A stretch of 62,202 nucleotides of DNA, counting the filler, from Candidatus Fermentibacterota bacterium (GTDB lineage: Bacteria > JAFGKV01): the NCBI GenBank assembly GCA_016928395.1. It is 8 parts of 8 records of this genome, joined end to end, with 100 filler letters (N's around TTAATTAATTAA, not from the genome) between each part and the next. Parts side by side here need not be neighbours in the genome. Positions count along the whole stretch, not along the records: positions 1 to 17,594 come from JAFGKV010000185.1; positions 17,695 to 22,568 come from JAFGKV010000187.1; 6 more parts are not named here. One strand, given 5' to 3'. The notes beneath the pieces were generated by a model. It was not told the DNA's origin, did no database searches, and saw only the letters and a program-made list of their open reading frames with translations. A program made the translations under genes and the position numbers. Positions 9,366 through 19,816 of this stretch are shown here, piece by piece (the first letter of the stretch is position 1; each line of letters begins with the position of its first letter).

Positions 9366-9408
9366 CCATATAGGACGTGTCATATATAGGACTCATCCTA
9401 TGCGATTC
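9366..9408. promoter_or_regulatory. AT-rich conserved motif (copy 1), putative protein-binding site upstream of the hdr-flx operon
   Basis: CCATATAGGACGTGTCATATATAGGA is identical over 26 nt to the reverse complement of 61355-61380; contains an ATAGGA-N4-TCCTAT palindrome. Confidence 0.5.
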
Positions 9409-9520
9409 TGATGTGAGCCTCTAGAACCGGTCAAACTCCGCCATACATGCCCCGGCCAAAGCCGGGGCATGTATGCAGTCTCCACAAACCAATGCGTCGG
9501 CGGTGATTCAGGCAGGAGGC

Positions 9521-12500
9521 TCAGTTCTCCAGTACTACCACCCCTCCCTGCGCCGCAAGCCGCGTCACGTAGATCTTGTTCCCCCCTGAATCGGAGACCA
9601 TCCCCAGGGCGCTGGCCAGTGGTATGGTGTCGATCTCCTGCCAGGTCTGAGTATTGAGTACCTTCACGACGTTATCATCCTTACAGGCAACATAGAGGTA
9701 CTGATTGCCCGGCACCAGCATGCAGTTGGCAGGCCGCGCCGTGAGCTGGAGTTCGCGCTGGACCTGCATGTTCCACCGCCCGATGACGGTCACACGATAG
9801 TCATCGGGGTGGCATAGGAAGATAAAGTCTTGTGTCACGGTCATGTCGAAGATGCCGCGGAACCCTCCCCAAACCTGCGCGATGTTCCACCATTGCGGAT
9901 CGATGGTGGCGATCGTACCGCCAGGGCTGGCCGCATAGATAGTCTCGTTGTCGGGACTGGCGCCGAAGTGGGAGTATCCGGCTCCTGCCGGGATATAGTA
10001 GTCAACAACCCCCGTATACAGGTTCATGACCGCGATACTGTCCCCGGCGCCCGCGAACGCGTAGAGGGTGTCACCGCGACCCCACGCACAGTCCACATCC
10101 CAAGGGCTGCTGCTGACCGACATTGGCGCCTCGGTGAAGTCAAGGTTGAACCCGTGTACTCGGTAAATCTTTCTATCCGTGAAGCCCGCCACCAATGCCT
10201 CATGGTAGGGGTTAGTGCATACGCCCACCGTCCAACCCGGAACCTCCAGGGTACGAAACACTCCATTGGTAGCCTGGTTGATGATGCGGACCTGCCCGGG
10301 TGAGGTGAGGTGGGAGAGCATGACGTAGTTGCCTGCTGATGTCGAAAGTCGAGCCATGTAGCATGGATTGTCGCCGCTTGGGATGACGAAGGTCTGCTCC
10401 GAGGGCCAACTGTCGATCACCGCGCTCACCTCGTTACTACCCGCGTTGGCTCCCAGCAGATCGCGTACAAACACGCGGTAGTAATAGCGCTGACCAGGAC
10501 TCAATGCGGGGTCACGATCGGTGTAGAACACGCTGTCTTGGCCGATGGCATTGATGGTGGCTACCAGTGTTGAGAGCGTATCCACTCCTGCCGAGGTCTT
10601 CCGGTACAGCCGATAGTCAAGGAAATCGGGGATGGTCGAGGCAGTCCACCGCAGGTACACGGCCTGGCTCGTGATCTGGGTTGGGCCCGGCTGCACCAAG
10701 GTGACGGTGCCAGGGGGAGCGTTAATCGTGATAGTGTTCACCGCGCTCTGAGACAAGGCTTCATTCCCTACTTGATCCGTGAAATCCCCGATCACTTGAG
10801 CCTGAAACACCTCGTCGCCTGCCTGCACCGTGTAGTCGACCATATAGATGCCGTCGTCGGCAGTCACGTCGCCCCGAGTACCGTCGTCATACAACGCGAT
10901 GCCCGTGTGTACGGTACCGATATCCACAGTGGCCGTGCCGTTCGGCTCTCCGGCATTCACCCAGAACAGCACGTGATCACCGACATTCAGGACCTGGCCG
11001 GCCGCATCATGGTCGACCTCCTGTATCTGGGCCTGCGTGTCCAGGGTGACGCTCACGGTCGGGCTGCTACCGGTATTGCCGGCCAGGTCCGTGGCTCGGG
11101 CGCGCAGCGTGTTGACGCCTTCGACAAGGGTCACCTGGGCGCTGAACGTGCCATTGAGGGGCGTCGCGTTCACACCGAACCCATTGACCTCCACGGTGAC
11201 TGTGCCTACCGCAAGATCATCGATCTGACCTGCGACGGAGATCGAAGGGCTGTTGCCGATACTGCCGTTCGTCGGAGAAGTGACCGTCAAGACAGGAGGG
11301 GTCGTATCCACCGTGACGCGGATTGTATCGGATGAACCCGGCCGGTCGTACTGATCGACCACCTCGACCCAGAAGCGATGGATGCCATCGCTGCCCACGG
11401 TCGTTGAAACCAGAAAGATGCCGCTTTGAATCGCGATGATCTGCGGTGTCCCGTTTACGAACAGTGTTCCCGCGATGATGGCGGGATCGGTCACTGTGCC
11501 GCCCACCTCGACAACGCGGCTGTTCAACAACGCTTCGTTCTCAGGCGTGGTGATGCGAACCGTGGGTCCCTGGCTATTGAGATAGACCGTGGCTGACGCG
11601 GAACCTGAATTCCCCGCCAGGTCAACGGCCGACACGACGATCTGGTTGGGACCCTCGCTCAGTTCGCTCCATGCCTGGAACTGCCCGTCGGCAAGAATGA
11701 GCTTGCGCACGATGCCTGAGACATTGAGGGTCACACTGTCGGGAGGGTTCGCATCAGTGACCGTGCCTGATACGAAGATAGGGCTCTCCTGGAAGGGCGT
11801 GCCATCCAGCGGCTGGATGAGACTGACCTGAGGCGCCTGGGAATCGCGGATTATCGTCATCGGCCCGGAATCGCCAGAGGTGCCGGCCTGGTTCGATGCG
11901 GTGACCCGGATCACATTGGATCCTTCCTCCAGATCAGCGGTACCGGCGAACTGCCCGTTGACTACGGCCAGGGTACTCCCGGCGCCATTGACCACCAGCG
12001 TCGCCGAGGTGACGCTCTGATCACTGATCACGCCCGAGACTGCAATCCGATTCTCCCGGGTGATGACACCGCTGGCCGGCTGGAGGATCTGGACGACCAC
12101 CGCGCTGGTGTCCCGCATCACGCTGATCTCGGCGCTGGTGCCGGTATTGCCGTTGGGATCGGTGGCCTGAGCCTTGATAAGGTTGAGGCCCGTTCCCAAC
12201 GTCACCGGCCCGGAGAAGGCCCCCGCCACCACGGACACCTGCGAAACCACAGAGCCGTTGACGAGGAGAGAAATCGTCGCTACGGTCTGGCTGTCGACCA
12301 CAGAGCCTTGCACCGCCACGGATGGCTGATTGGTCACATGCCCATCCGCCGGAGAGGTGATGGTCACCAGGGGCCCCTTCGTGTCGAAGGTCACGGGTGA
12401 CGAGCTCACCGGCGTACTCTCGTTCAAGCTGTCGTCCACCGCCGTGACGGTGTAGACATAGGTCATACCCTCCGTGACGCTCCGATCCAGATAGGCGCTT

Positions 12501-12775
12501 TCCATTGCGAACACGGAGTCCGCGGCAAACCCGGGATCACGCCGCACATAGTAGCCTTTCAGATCGGGAACAGGTTGGCCACCGTCCAGGGGAATCTCCC
12601 AATCGAGAAAGAGCCCCAGCGCCTGCTGCGCGACAGTGAGATCGGTCACCGGGGGAGGCGGTGTTGTATCGGGGTCCGGCCCGGAGGGGCTCTCCTTGTT
12701 GCACGCCAGAGCAACCATAAGGACGAACGCGCCCGCTACGGCCACACCACTGAGAAACCGGGATGTCTTGTTCAT
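9521..12775 (-). CDS. Large surface lipoprotein: FN3 + tandem Ig-like domains + choice-of-anchor X-like segment + C-terminal YncE-type beta-propeller
   Basis: Lipobox LAC; repeated DTxxPxVxIxxP Ig domains; LYDDGTRGDVTADDGIY; propeller-like C-terminus (LYVACKDDNVVKVLN, IYVT). Confidence 0.8.
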   Translation of the reverse strand: MNKTSRFLSGVAVAGAFVLMVALACNKESPSGPDPDTTPPPPVTDLTVAQQALGLFLDWEIPLDGGQPVPDLKGYYVRRDPGFAADSVFAMESAYLDRSVTEGMTYVYTVTAVDDSLNESTPVSSSPVTFDTKGPLVTITSPADGHVTNQPSVAVQGSVVDSQTVATISLLVNGSVVSQVSVVAGAFSGPVTLGTGLNLIKAQATDPNGNTGTSAEISVMRDTSAVVVQILQPASGVITRENRIAVSGVISDQSVTSATLVVNGAGSTLAVVNGQFAGTADLEEGSNVIRVTASNQAGTSGDSGPMTIIRDSQAPQVSLIQPLDGTPFQESPIFVSGTVTDANPPDSVTLNVSGIVRKLILADGQFQAWSELSEGPNQIVVSAVDLAGNSGSASATVYLNSQGPTVRITTPENEALLNSRVVEVGGTVTDPAIIAGTLFVNGTPQIIAIQSGIFLVSTTVGSDGIHRFWVEVVDQYDRPGSSDTIRVTVDTTPPVLTVTSPTNGSIGNSPSISVAGQIDDLAVGTVTVEVNGFGVNATPLNGTFSAQVTLVEGVNTLRARATDLAGNTGSSPTVSVTLDTQAQIQEVDHDAAGQVLNVGDHVLFWVNAGEPNGTATVDIGTVHTGIALYDDGTRGDVTADDGIYMVDYTVQAGDEVFQAQVIGDFTDQVGNEALSQSAVNTITINAPPGTVTLVQPGPTQITSQAVYLRWTASTIPDFLDYRLYRKTSAGVDTLSTLVATINAIGQDSVFYTDRDPALSPGQRYYYRVFVRDLLGANAGSNEVSAVIDSWPSEQTFVIPSGDNPCYMARLSTSAGNYVMLSHLTSPGQVRIINQATNGVFRTLEVPGWTVGVCTNPYHEALVAGFTDRKIYRVHGFNLDFTEAPMSVSSSPWDVDCAWGRGDTLYAFAGAGDSIAVMNLYTGVVDYYIPAGAGYSHFGASPDNETIYAASPGGTIATIDPQWWNIAQVWGGFRGIFDMTVTQDFIFLCHPDDYRVTVIGRWNMQVQRELQLTARPANCMLVPGNQYLYVACKDDNVVKVLNTQTWQEIDTIPLASALGMVSDSGGNKIYVTRLAAQGGVVVLEN

Positions 12776-15700
12776 TGCACCTCTCCAAGATGAGAAGCCT
12801 GCGCCTGCGCGGCGCGGCGAACCATGCCCATAAGCGGGTAGTCATCACTGCCCGTCAGGGCATGATACCATACTTCCGCCATTACCGAATACCCTAGATC
12901 GCTGGGATGCACACCATCTGGGCATACGACCCTCGACAGACTGCCGGCGGCGACCTCAACGAGCCGCGTGTAGTGGTCGGCGACCATAACGCCATTCCCG
13001 TCAGCAAGCTGCCTGAGAAGGGTGTTGAGCTGTTGCGCGCGCGCGTTCGTCGCCTCATCAAGCAAAGGTGGCACGGTGCCGACAACGGCCACCATGCCTA
13101 AAGAGCGCGCGTATGACGCTATCGCCGCTACGTTGTTCCTCACCCCCTGGAAGTTGACGGCCGCATCGAGAATATCAATGGTGCCAAACAAGATCAGGAC
13201 ATAGGCTTCGGGACGGCCCCCAAGCCGCCCCTGCATCTCAGCCACGCCGCTGGCGCTGGTGCCTCCGGGTACCCAGGTAGTGTCGACGATGGCGTCCCCG
13301 AAAAACGCGGTAAGCGCCAACTCCAGTTCCTCCCGGTACCCTTCGCACCAGATCCACCCTCCGTTTTGCGTCTGAGCGCCCGCGGTTATGCTGTCACCGT
13401 ACCCTAGAACGCGATGGGGGTTCCGAGCGCCGATATCGGGAATCCGGAAGGTCGCCACCGCCGACCATGGTCCCCAGAGCAGGCCATCAAAGGCCCGCGC
13501 CCGCCAGTAGCGGGTCCCTCCCGTGAGCGAGAGCTCAGGAACGATGGCCCAGGCGACCGTACCACCGGAAGCGGGAAGCGGCGGGCTCTGGGCCACGCGC
13601 AGGGTGAGCGTCGGGTCCGAGTAGACCTCCATGGTGTGGAGGAGGGCATCGCCATTGACATCGGTCGCCGGCGCCATGGCCAACGTGTGTCGCCCGGTGG
13701 GGACAAAGATGCCTCCATCGGGACGTAACGAGGTCGGCGCTGTGGGCAAATCATTCCGGACGACGTGACGCCGCAACTCGGTTGTCCACCCGGCCCTATC
13801 CGTGGCGACCACCACGATGGTCGTCCAGCCAAACGGAAGGCTCACCACGCCGCTGAACCCGCCTCCAGCGTCGACGCTCACCGGCGATCCCTGGATTGTG
13901 ACCAGAGATCCGACCTCGGTGGTCCCCGCTACCGTTACGCTACTGCTCTGCGTGAGCAGGCTGTCAGCGGGGCCGGAGAGGAGTATGAACGGGGGCGTGG
14001 TGTCCAGACTCAGGGGAAGCCTGACTGTGGTTCCGTTGCCGACAGCATCGGTGGCCGCCACCACCACCGTGTCAGGCCCCTCCGCCAGAGATACGAGAGC
14101 CTGGAATGCCCCGTCGACAACCGCGGCTTCCAGCCCGTCGATAGTCACCATGGCGCCGCTCTCGGCGACGCCGCACACGGTCACCGGACTTGCGGAGAAG
14201 AGCTCACCCGCTTCGGGGGAGGTGACCACAAGCGCGGGCGGTTCCCGATCGAGGATTATCACGCAGGGCTCGCCGGCGGCGCTGGTGTGCCCGGCGGTGT
14301 CCACGGCGACAGCGTACAGGGTAAGTGGACCGTCGTCCTCGAACGCCTCAATGGTAACACTCCATGCCCCCGTGGCACTGGCCACCGTCTGTCCCAAGGT
14401 CTCATCGCCCGAGAAGACGCTCACAGAAGCCCGGGGTTCCGCTGCCCCGGCTACATTGACCACAGAAAGACCCCAAGTAGTGCTCTCGGGAGGCTGGAGA
14501 ATGACCGGCGGGAGAGGAGGAGTGAGATCCACGGAGAAGCCGACGGAATCACCCCTCACCCATCCTGCTCCAGGGGTCGACGCGGCTCGAACGCTGACCC
14601 TGTGGCCTCCATCTGGAGTGGGAGTCGGCAGCGCTATCTCGAAACTCGACGCGGAGATCAACCCGTCGGCGACATTACCGTCGATAAGTACCTCAAGCCA
14701 CGAGCCGCTCTGAGCAGAGCCTGCCACCGTGAAGGTATCTCCCACGAGCAGGTCACCGTCGATCGGGGTGCTCAAAGCCGGCGCAGATGGTGCGGCGCTG
14801 TCCACAACGATCGTGCGTGGAGAAGAGTTCCCGCCGACATTGCCCGCCTTGTCAGTCGATCTGGCGGTGAGGGCATAGCTACCGTCACCGGGAAGAACCA
14901 GCACAGTGGAAAAAGCGCCGGCGGCATCAGCGTGTACGGAGGCAAGCCACGACCCGTCCACGGCGAGTTCCACCAAGGCGTTGGCCTCCGCGGCACCCTC
15001 GACACTGATGGTGCCGTCGAGGTGAACCTCCGCCGCCGCGGGCCGGAGAATAACTGGAGGAGGCGGGGCAATTCTGTCGACCCAGAGCCGGACGGCGTCT
15101 TCAGCCACCCGACTCTGGCCTCGTAGGGACACAATCCCAACAATGTGCGGCCCTTCATCCAGCAGGACGGCCGGTCCCAACGAGAACTCCCCACTCGCGG
15201 GGAGTGCCCGTAGCCCCGTATCTCCTCCGTCGATGAGCAAACCCAACTCATCGGAGCCGGAGACCAGCCCCTGGACGATGACGTGGAGCCCGGCCAGAAC
15301 GGTATCCGGCGCCGGGCTCAGTACAGACTGCACCGTCGGGCTTGCGCCTCCACCCACAATTACCGTGACGCTCTCACTGAAGGCGGTATGTCCTCCCGCG
15401 GCAGTCATGCCTCTGGCCCACAGATCCACATACCCAGAGCCCGAAGGATCCATGCCGGGCAGGAGAAACGCACCGTTGCAGACGGGCACAGTCGCAGTAA
15501 CCGTACCGTTCCGATAGATTTCTACCTCGACCACCTCAGTGGGAACCCGGCCGGCCACAGGGATGGACCCCGCCGGAATGACGGCGCCGTGCACCGGGAA
15601 GAGCAACACCGGTGTTGCCAGTGTGGCATAGCTCATGGTGACCGCCACCGGGGAGCTCACCAAGGATGTGTCATGCACCATCCGAGCCCAGATGACCCGT

Positions 15701-15975
15701 CCCCCCTGCCCACCCAGGGGAAGATCGCCCGCTTCAAACACGCCGGCATTCGAGGAGTACACCCGCACCGGCGAGGCGCCGCCGTCTACAAAGATGTCAA
15801 CCGCGCGATCGGGCTCGGCAGTTCCCTGAACGGTGATCTTCAAGCGCCCCGAGGTGCTGCCCGAACGCGGCGCGATGATAACCGGGACCCTGCGGGTTTC
15901 AACCTGCGTAGTATCCTTTCCGCATCCGCCCCAGAGCAGCGGCAGGAACAGGAGCGGAGCGAGCGATCGTCTCAT
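12772..15975 (-). CDS. Surface lipoprotein with tandem Ig-like domains and a C-terminal SGNH/GDSL hydrolase
   Basis: GGAGG RBS, MRRSLAPLLFLPLLWGGC lipobox; Big-like repeats; GYGDSIT block I and DGVHP block V; ATGA coupling to the next gene. Confidence 0.82.
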   Translation of the reverse strand: MRRSLAPLLFLPLLWGGCGKDTTQVETRRVPVIIAPRSGSTSGRLKITVQGTAEPDRAVDIFVDGGASPVRVYSSNAGVFEAGDLPLGGQGGRVIWARMVHDTSLVSSPVAVTMSYATLATPVLLFPVHGAVIPAGSIPVAGRVPTEVVEVEIYRNGTVTATVPVCNGAFLLPGMDPSGSGYVDLWARGMTAAGGHTAFSESVTVIVGGGASPTVQSVLSPAPDTVLAGLHVIVQGLVSGSDELGLLIDGGDTGLRALPASGEFSLGPAVLLDEGPHIVGIVSLRGQSRVAEDAVRLWVDRIAPPPPVILRPAAAEVHLDGTISVEGAAEANALVELAVDGSWLASVHADAAGAFSTVLVLPGDGSYALTARSTDKAGNVGGNSSPRTIVVDSAAPSAPALSTPIDGDLLVGDTFTVAGSAQSGSWLEVLIDGNVADGLISASSFEIALPTPTPDGGHRVSVRAASTPGAGWVRGDSVGFSVDLTPPLPPVILQPPESTTWGLSVVNVAGAAEPRASVSVFSGDETLGQTVASATGAWSVTIEAFEDDGPLTLYAVAVDTAGHTSAAGEPCVIILDREPPALVVTSPEAGELFSASPVTVCGVAESGAMVTIDGLEAAVVDGAFQALVSLAEGPDTVVVAATDAVGNGTTVRLPLSLDTTPPFILLSGPADSLLTQSSSVTVAGTTEVGSLVTIQGSPVSVDAGGGFSGVVSLPFGWTTIVVVATDRAGWTTELRRHVVRNDLPTAPTSLRPDGGIFVPTGRHTLAMAPATDVNGDALLHTMEVYSDPTLTLRVAQSPPLPASGGTVAWAIVPELSLTGGTRYWRARAFDGLLWGPWSAVATFRIPDIGARNPHRVLGYGDSITAGAQTQNGGWIWCEGYREELELALTAFFGDAIVDTTWVPGGTSASGVAEMQGRLGGRPEAYVLILFGTIDILDAAVNFQGVRNNVAAIASYARSLGMVAVVGTVPPLLDEATNARAQQLNTLLRQLADGNGVMVADHYTRLVEVAAGSLSRVVCPDGVHPSDLGYSVMAEVWYHALTGSDDYPLMGMVRRAAQAQASHLGEVQ

Positions 15976-16377
15976 TGAGAGCCTCCAGAGGCAAGACAGG
16001 CATGAACCCAAGCCCCGGCCGCGTCCTTCGGGAAAGAACGGTGTCCAGCCGATTCCGCCGCTGCAACCAAGGGCCTGCCCGGTGACCCTGGGGACTGTCG
16101 GAGACGGATAGGCGATTGTCTGCGCGTGAGCGTGGGTGCGTCGGTGCCACAAGACCGTTTGACCCGCGCATGTGCACCATGAGGCAATCAAGGTAGCAGA
16201 GAGAGCCGCTTTCGTCCACAGTCTGAAAGGATGGGGAAGAACAGCATCGAGTGGCGCGGTGAGAAGGTGGAGATGGATCGGGTGATGGCCTCCCCTCACA
16301 CCTGTTGGTGCCCGAGGCTGCCTCGACCCCTGCGCCGGCCTGACGGTGATAGCCGATACTCTTATGACCCACAGGTA

Positions 16378-16406
16378 TTGACACTGCCTGCTCTCGGTCG
16401 TATCTT
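16378..16406 (+). promoter_or_regulatory. Putative sigma70 promoter
   Basis: TTGACA-N17-TATCTT in the divergent intergenic region. Confidence 0.5.
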
Positions 16407-16782
16407 GCTATCCCCAAAGGCCTGTCTCGTCTTAGGTGGGAGAATTCCCGTGATGCGGGGGCTCTCACTCCGCTGTCGATTTCTCCCCGGATGGAGGTTC
16501 GTGTGGCTCTTGTGTGTTCGGCACGGCCAGAGCATGCCGAGCAGTGCCGAACGGCCAGCGTGCCGAAATGGCCTTGTCAGACAGGAGCATTGCTTGAGTG
16601 CGAGGGCCCTTAGACGCCACGCGGCGCTACTCACCGCATTGTCGACGGAAGGTCGCCGCGTGCGGCTTCTCGCTGAAACCACTGCGCTGCGCGTCTTCCA
16701 CACGGCCCGTGCCCAGGAGAACCGGGCTCGTGCTCATGGGCCGCGCACGCCGTCGATCCGATTCGTCGGGTGGGGCTCTCCC

Positions 16783-17594
16783 ATGAAATGCTACTTCATC
16801 ACAGTCTTGGTCGTTCTCTCAGCCGCGTTTCAGGGATGCGGCCCGGTAGCGCCGGACATCGTGCTCGTAGTGATGGACACTGTACGCCCGGATCATCTCT
16901 CCTGCTACGGCTACGAGCGAGACACCTCTCCCAATCTCTCGGCGCTCGCTGAGTCATCCGCCGTCTGGACGAACGCCTATTCGACCAGCTGTTGGACTGC
17001 GCCGGCTCATGCGTCAATGTTCACCGGTCTGTATCCGGTGGCGCATCGATGCACACAGGAAAACCCGGATCTCCAGCCGGCATTGGTGTCCCTGGCGGAG
17101 ATCCTGTCCGATCACGGGTATGTCACCATCGGCATAACAGAGAACGGGGTGCTTCACCGAGAGAGCAACTTCTCCCAAGGGTTTGATGAGTACTACGAGA
17201 CATGGGTGGAGAATACTGTCGGAAGTGATGAAGAGACTACTCTTGGCTTGTTCTCCGAAGCCCTCGGCAGGCGGGTAGGGAAGCAGCCCATGTTCATCTT
17301 CATCAATCTCATCGCCGCGCATGTCCCCTATGAGCCTCCACAACGCTTCCTCACGCGTCTGGATTCGGGATCCCGTCAGCCTCGCTGTTCGGGCGAAGTC
17401 TGGAAGGATCTTCTCCTCGGCCGGGTGAGTCTTTCCCACGAGGAGGTCGCCTGCATCGAAGCGCACTACGACGCGGAGATCATGTTCGTGGACCATGTCG
17501 TGGGGAGAATGGTTGGAGAGCTCAAGAGCCGGGGGCGGTGGGAGAACACCGTGTTCGTCGCAACATCGGACCATGGTGAGAATCTCGGGGATCA
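16783..17594 (+). CDS. Sulfatase-like hydrolase/transferase lipoprotein (3' truncated by contig end)
   Basis: PDIVLVVMDTVRPDHL, SCWTAPAHASMFTG, AAHVPY, TSDHGE; lipobox QGC. Confidence 0.85.
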
Positions 17595-17694
17595 NNNNNN
17601 NNNNNNNNNNNNNNNNNNNNNNNNNNNNNNNNNNNNNNTTAATTAATTAANNNNNNNNNNNNNNNNNNNNNNNNNNNNNNNNNNNNNNNNNNNN
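17595..17694. other. Artificial contig spacer (also 22569-22668, 27891-27990, 32604-32703, 38363-38462, 46137-46236, 57770-57869)
   Basis: 100-nt N blocks with central TTAATTAATTAA all-frame stop linker. Confidence 0.98.
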
Positions 17695-18336
17695 CGTGAC
17701 CACGCAGCCCGCGCTGGGGAACACCTCGTTCCACTCCCTGAAGGGCTTGTTGGTCGTCAGGATGATCGACTTCTGCTCGTAGCGCCGGCTGACGATCTCG
17801 AAGAGGAGATCGGCGTGCCGAGTGCTGGCCGCCAGGTACCCCACCTCGTCGATGACCAGGAGCGACGGCCGGAGGTAGTGGCGGAGCCGGCGGGTGAGCG
17901 CGCTTGCCGATTCCTGACCGACCAGGTCGTTGAGGAGCTCGCTCGCCGTGAGGAACCGCACCGTGTGCCCCCGCAGGACGGCCTGGTGCGCCAAGTTCTT
18001 GGCGATCATGGTCTTGCCCGTGCCGTTGGGGCCCGCGAGGATCACGTTCCCCGCCTCCTTGAGAAACTCGAGGGCGAAGAGCTCCTCGATGAGCTCCCGA
18101 TCGATCTTCGTCGGCCACTGCCAATCGAAGTCGGCCATGGGCTTGAAGGCCCCGATCTTCGCGTTCGCCACGCGCCGTTCCAGGCTCTTTCGCGCACGCT
18201 CCTCCTCCTCGTAGCCGATCACGGTCTCCAGCCAGGGCGCATTCGCGATCTCCTCCCAGTGGGCCAGGAGACCGGAGAAGCCCAGGGCGCGAGCACGCGC
18301 CTCAAGCGGGGACGCAGGCACCGTCGCAGTCTTCAT
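17695..18336 (-). CDS. istB: IS21 helper ATPase IstB (partial)
   Basis: FDWQWP, Walker A GPNGTGKT, Walker [22 protein letters not shown]. Confidence 0.95.
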
Positions 18337-19816
18337 CTTTCACCTCCTCGCAGGGATCGTAGGACTCCAGGGAATGCGGCAGCACGGTCAGTTCGCGCAC
18401 CCGGGGATCATCGGGGAGAGCCAGCGGCAAGGCCGCCGGCATCCCCCGCTCCTGGCGGCGGCGTTCGAGGGCGTGGCGCACCGCGTGCGGGTGCGGGACG
18501 TCCTTCTCGAGCGCCTCGAGAAGGGCGGCCTGGAGCTCCTCGGCCCCGTAGGCGTCGAGCATACGAAGGAGCCGCGAGACCGCGCTGCCCAGGTTCTGGC
18601 CCCGTTCCGCGAGCCGCCTGAGGAGCTCGCCGCTCGCCGGCGCGGCGTGGTGGAGCCGATCCATGCCCCGGTGCTTGCGGGCGTGTCGCTTCGCGGCGAC
18701 CAGAGCTTCGACGTGCTGGGGGTCCTCGATCTGACGGCCTTTGTCGTAGGAACGCGCATGCGTCGCCACGACCGTCTGCCCGGCCAGGATCCGGACCATG
18801 GAGAGGTCCGCACACACGACCAGCGTCTTTCGCACGTGCTCGTGCGGCACCGAGTAATCGTTCAAGTCGAAGCGCACGTAGGGCGTCTTGCCCACCGACA
18901 CCTCCCGGCGCTCCTCGGTGGGGAACGGGTTGGGAGGGAGCTCAAGCAGGAGCGGCTTTTCCTCGGCGTAGGCGTCGGCCACCGTCTTGCGAGGATCGTC
19001 GGGCCACCTGCGGTCCATGGCGTCGCCCAGGCACCAGCGCGCTGCCTGGTCGTTCAGGTCATCGAGGTCCTTCCAGGGACGGGCGGCGAAGAAGCGGCTC
19101 CGGACGTAGCGGATGGCCCGCTCCACGCGGGGCTTCTCGTTCCCCCTGCCGGGGGCCACCGGCCGCGGCTCGAAACGCCAGTGGCCGGCGAATTCCATGA
19201 ACCTGGGGTTGAAGCGGATGGCATCCCCGATCCGTTGCAGGACCGCGCTCTTGAGGTTGTCGTACAGGATGACCCGCGGCAGCCCGCCGAACGCCTGGAA
19301 GGCGGCCTCGTGTCCGCGGAGAAAGTTCTCCATGTGGCACCCGAAGAAGAAGCGGATGAAGAGCACCCGGGAGTAGGACAGGACGAGGACGAAGGCCATG
19401 AGCTTGCGCTGGGCCCGGCCCACGCTCACCCCGCCGAAATGTCCCCAGTCGGCCTGGCCCTGCTCGCCGGGAAGGGTGCGCAGGCGGAGGAACGCCTCGG
19501 GCGCCGGCGCCGGACGGTAGTGGCGAACGATGGACCGGAAGTGGCCCTCTGCGCCCGAGTACCCGCGGTCCTTGACCATGTCGTAGAGGCGGCTCGCGGC
19601 GAGCCGCGGGTACTTGGTGAAAGTCTCCACGATGAACGGCACGAAGGCGTCCACCTTCGAGGGGCGGACCAGTGCTGCCCGGGGGATACCCGCCTGCGTC
19701 AGCACGCGGGTGACCACCGAGTGGTGGAGCCCCAGCTGGTGGGCGATGGTTCCCGGCGGCCATTTCTCTGCGTGATGGAGACGCAGGATCTGAGCCTCAG
19801 TTTCTGGTGAAATCAC
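18302..19816 (-). CDS. istA: IS21 transposase IstA
   Basis: N-terminal [49 protein letters not shown] start after a GGAGG RBS. Confidence 0.95.
   Translation of the reverse strand: MISPETEAQILRLHHAEKWPPGTIAHQLGLHHSVVTRVLTQAGIPRAALVRPSKVDAFVPFIVETFTKYPRLAASRLYDMVKDRGYSGAEGHFRSIVRHYRPAPAPEAFLRLRTLPGEQGQADWGHFGGVSVGRAQRKLMAFVLVLSYSRVLFIRFFFGCHMENFLRGHEAAFQAFGGLPRVILYDNLKSAVLQRIGDAIRFNPRFMEFAGHWRFEPRPVAPGRGNEKPRVERAIRYVRSRFFAARPWKDLDDLNDQAARWCLGDAMDRRWPDDPRKTVADAYAEEKPLLLELPPNPFPTEERREVSVGKTPYVRFDLNDYSVPHEHVRKTLVVCADLSMVRILAGQTVVATHARSYDKGRQIEDPQHVEALVAAKRHARKHRGMDRLHHAAPASGELLRRLAERGQNLGSAVSRLLRMLDAYGAEELQAALLEALEKDVPHPHAVRHALERRRQERGMPAALPLALPDDPRVRELTVLPHSLESYDPCEEVKDEDCDGACVPA

Noticed and set aside
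17595-17694. TTAATTAATTAA repeated motif
   Set aside because: Artificial contig linker, not biological.
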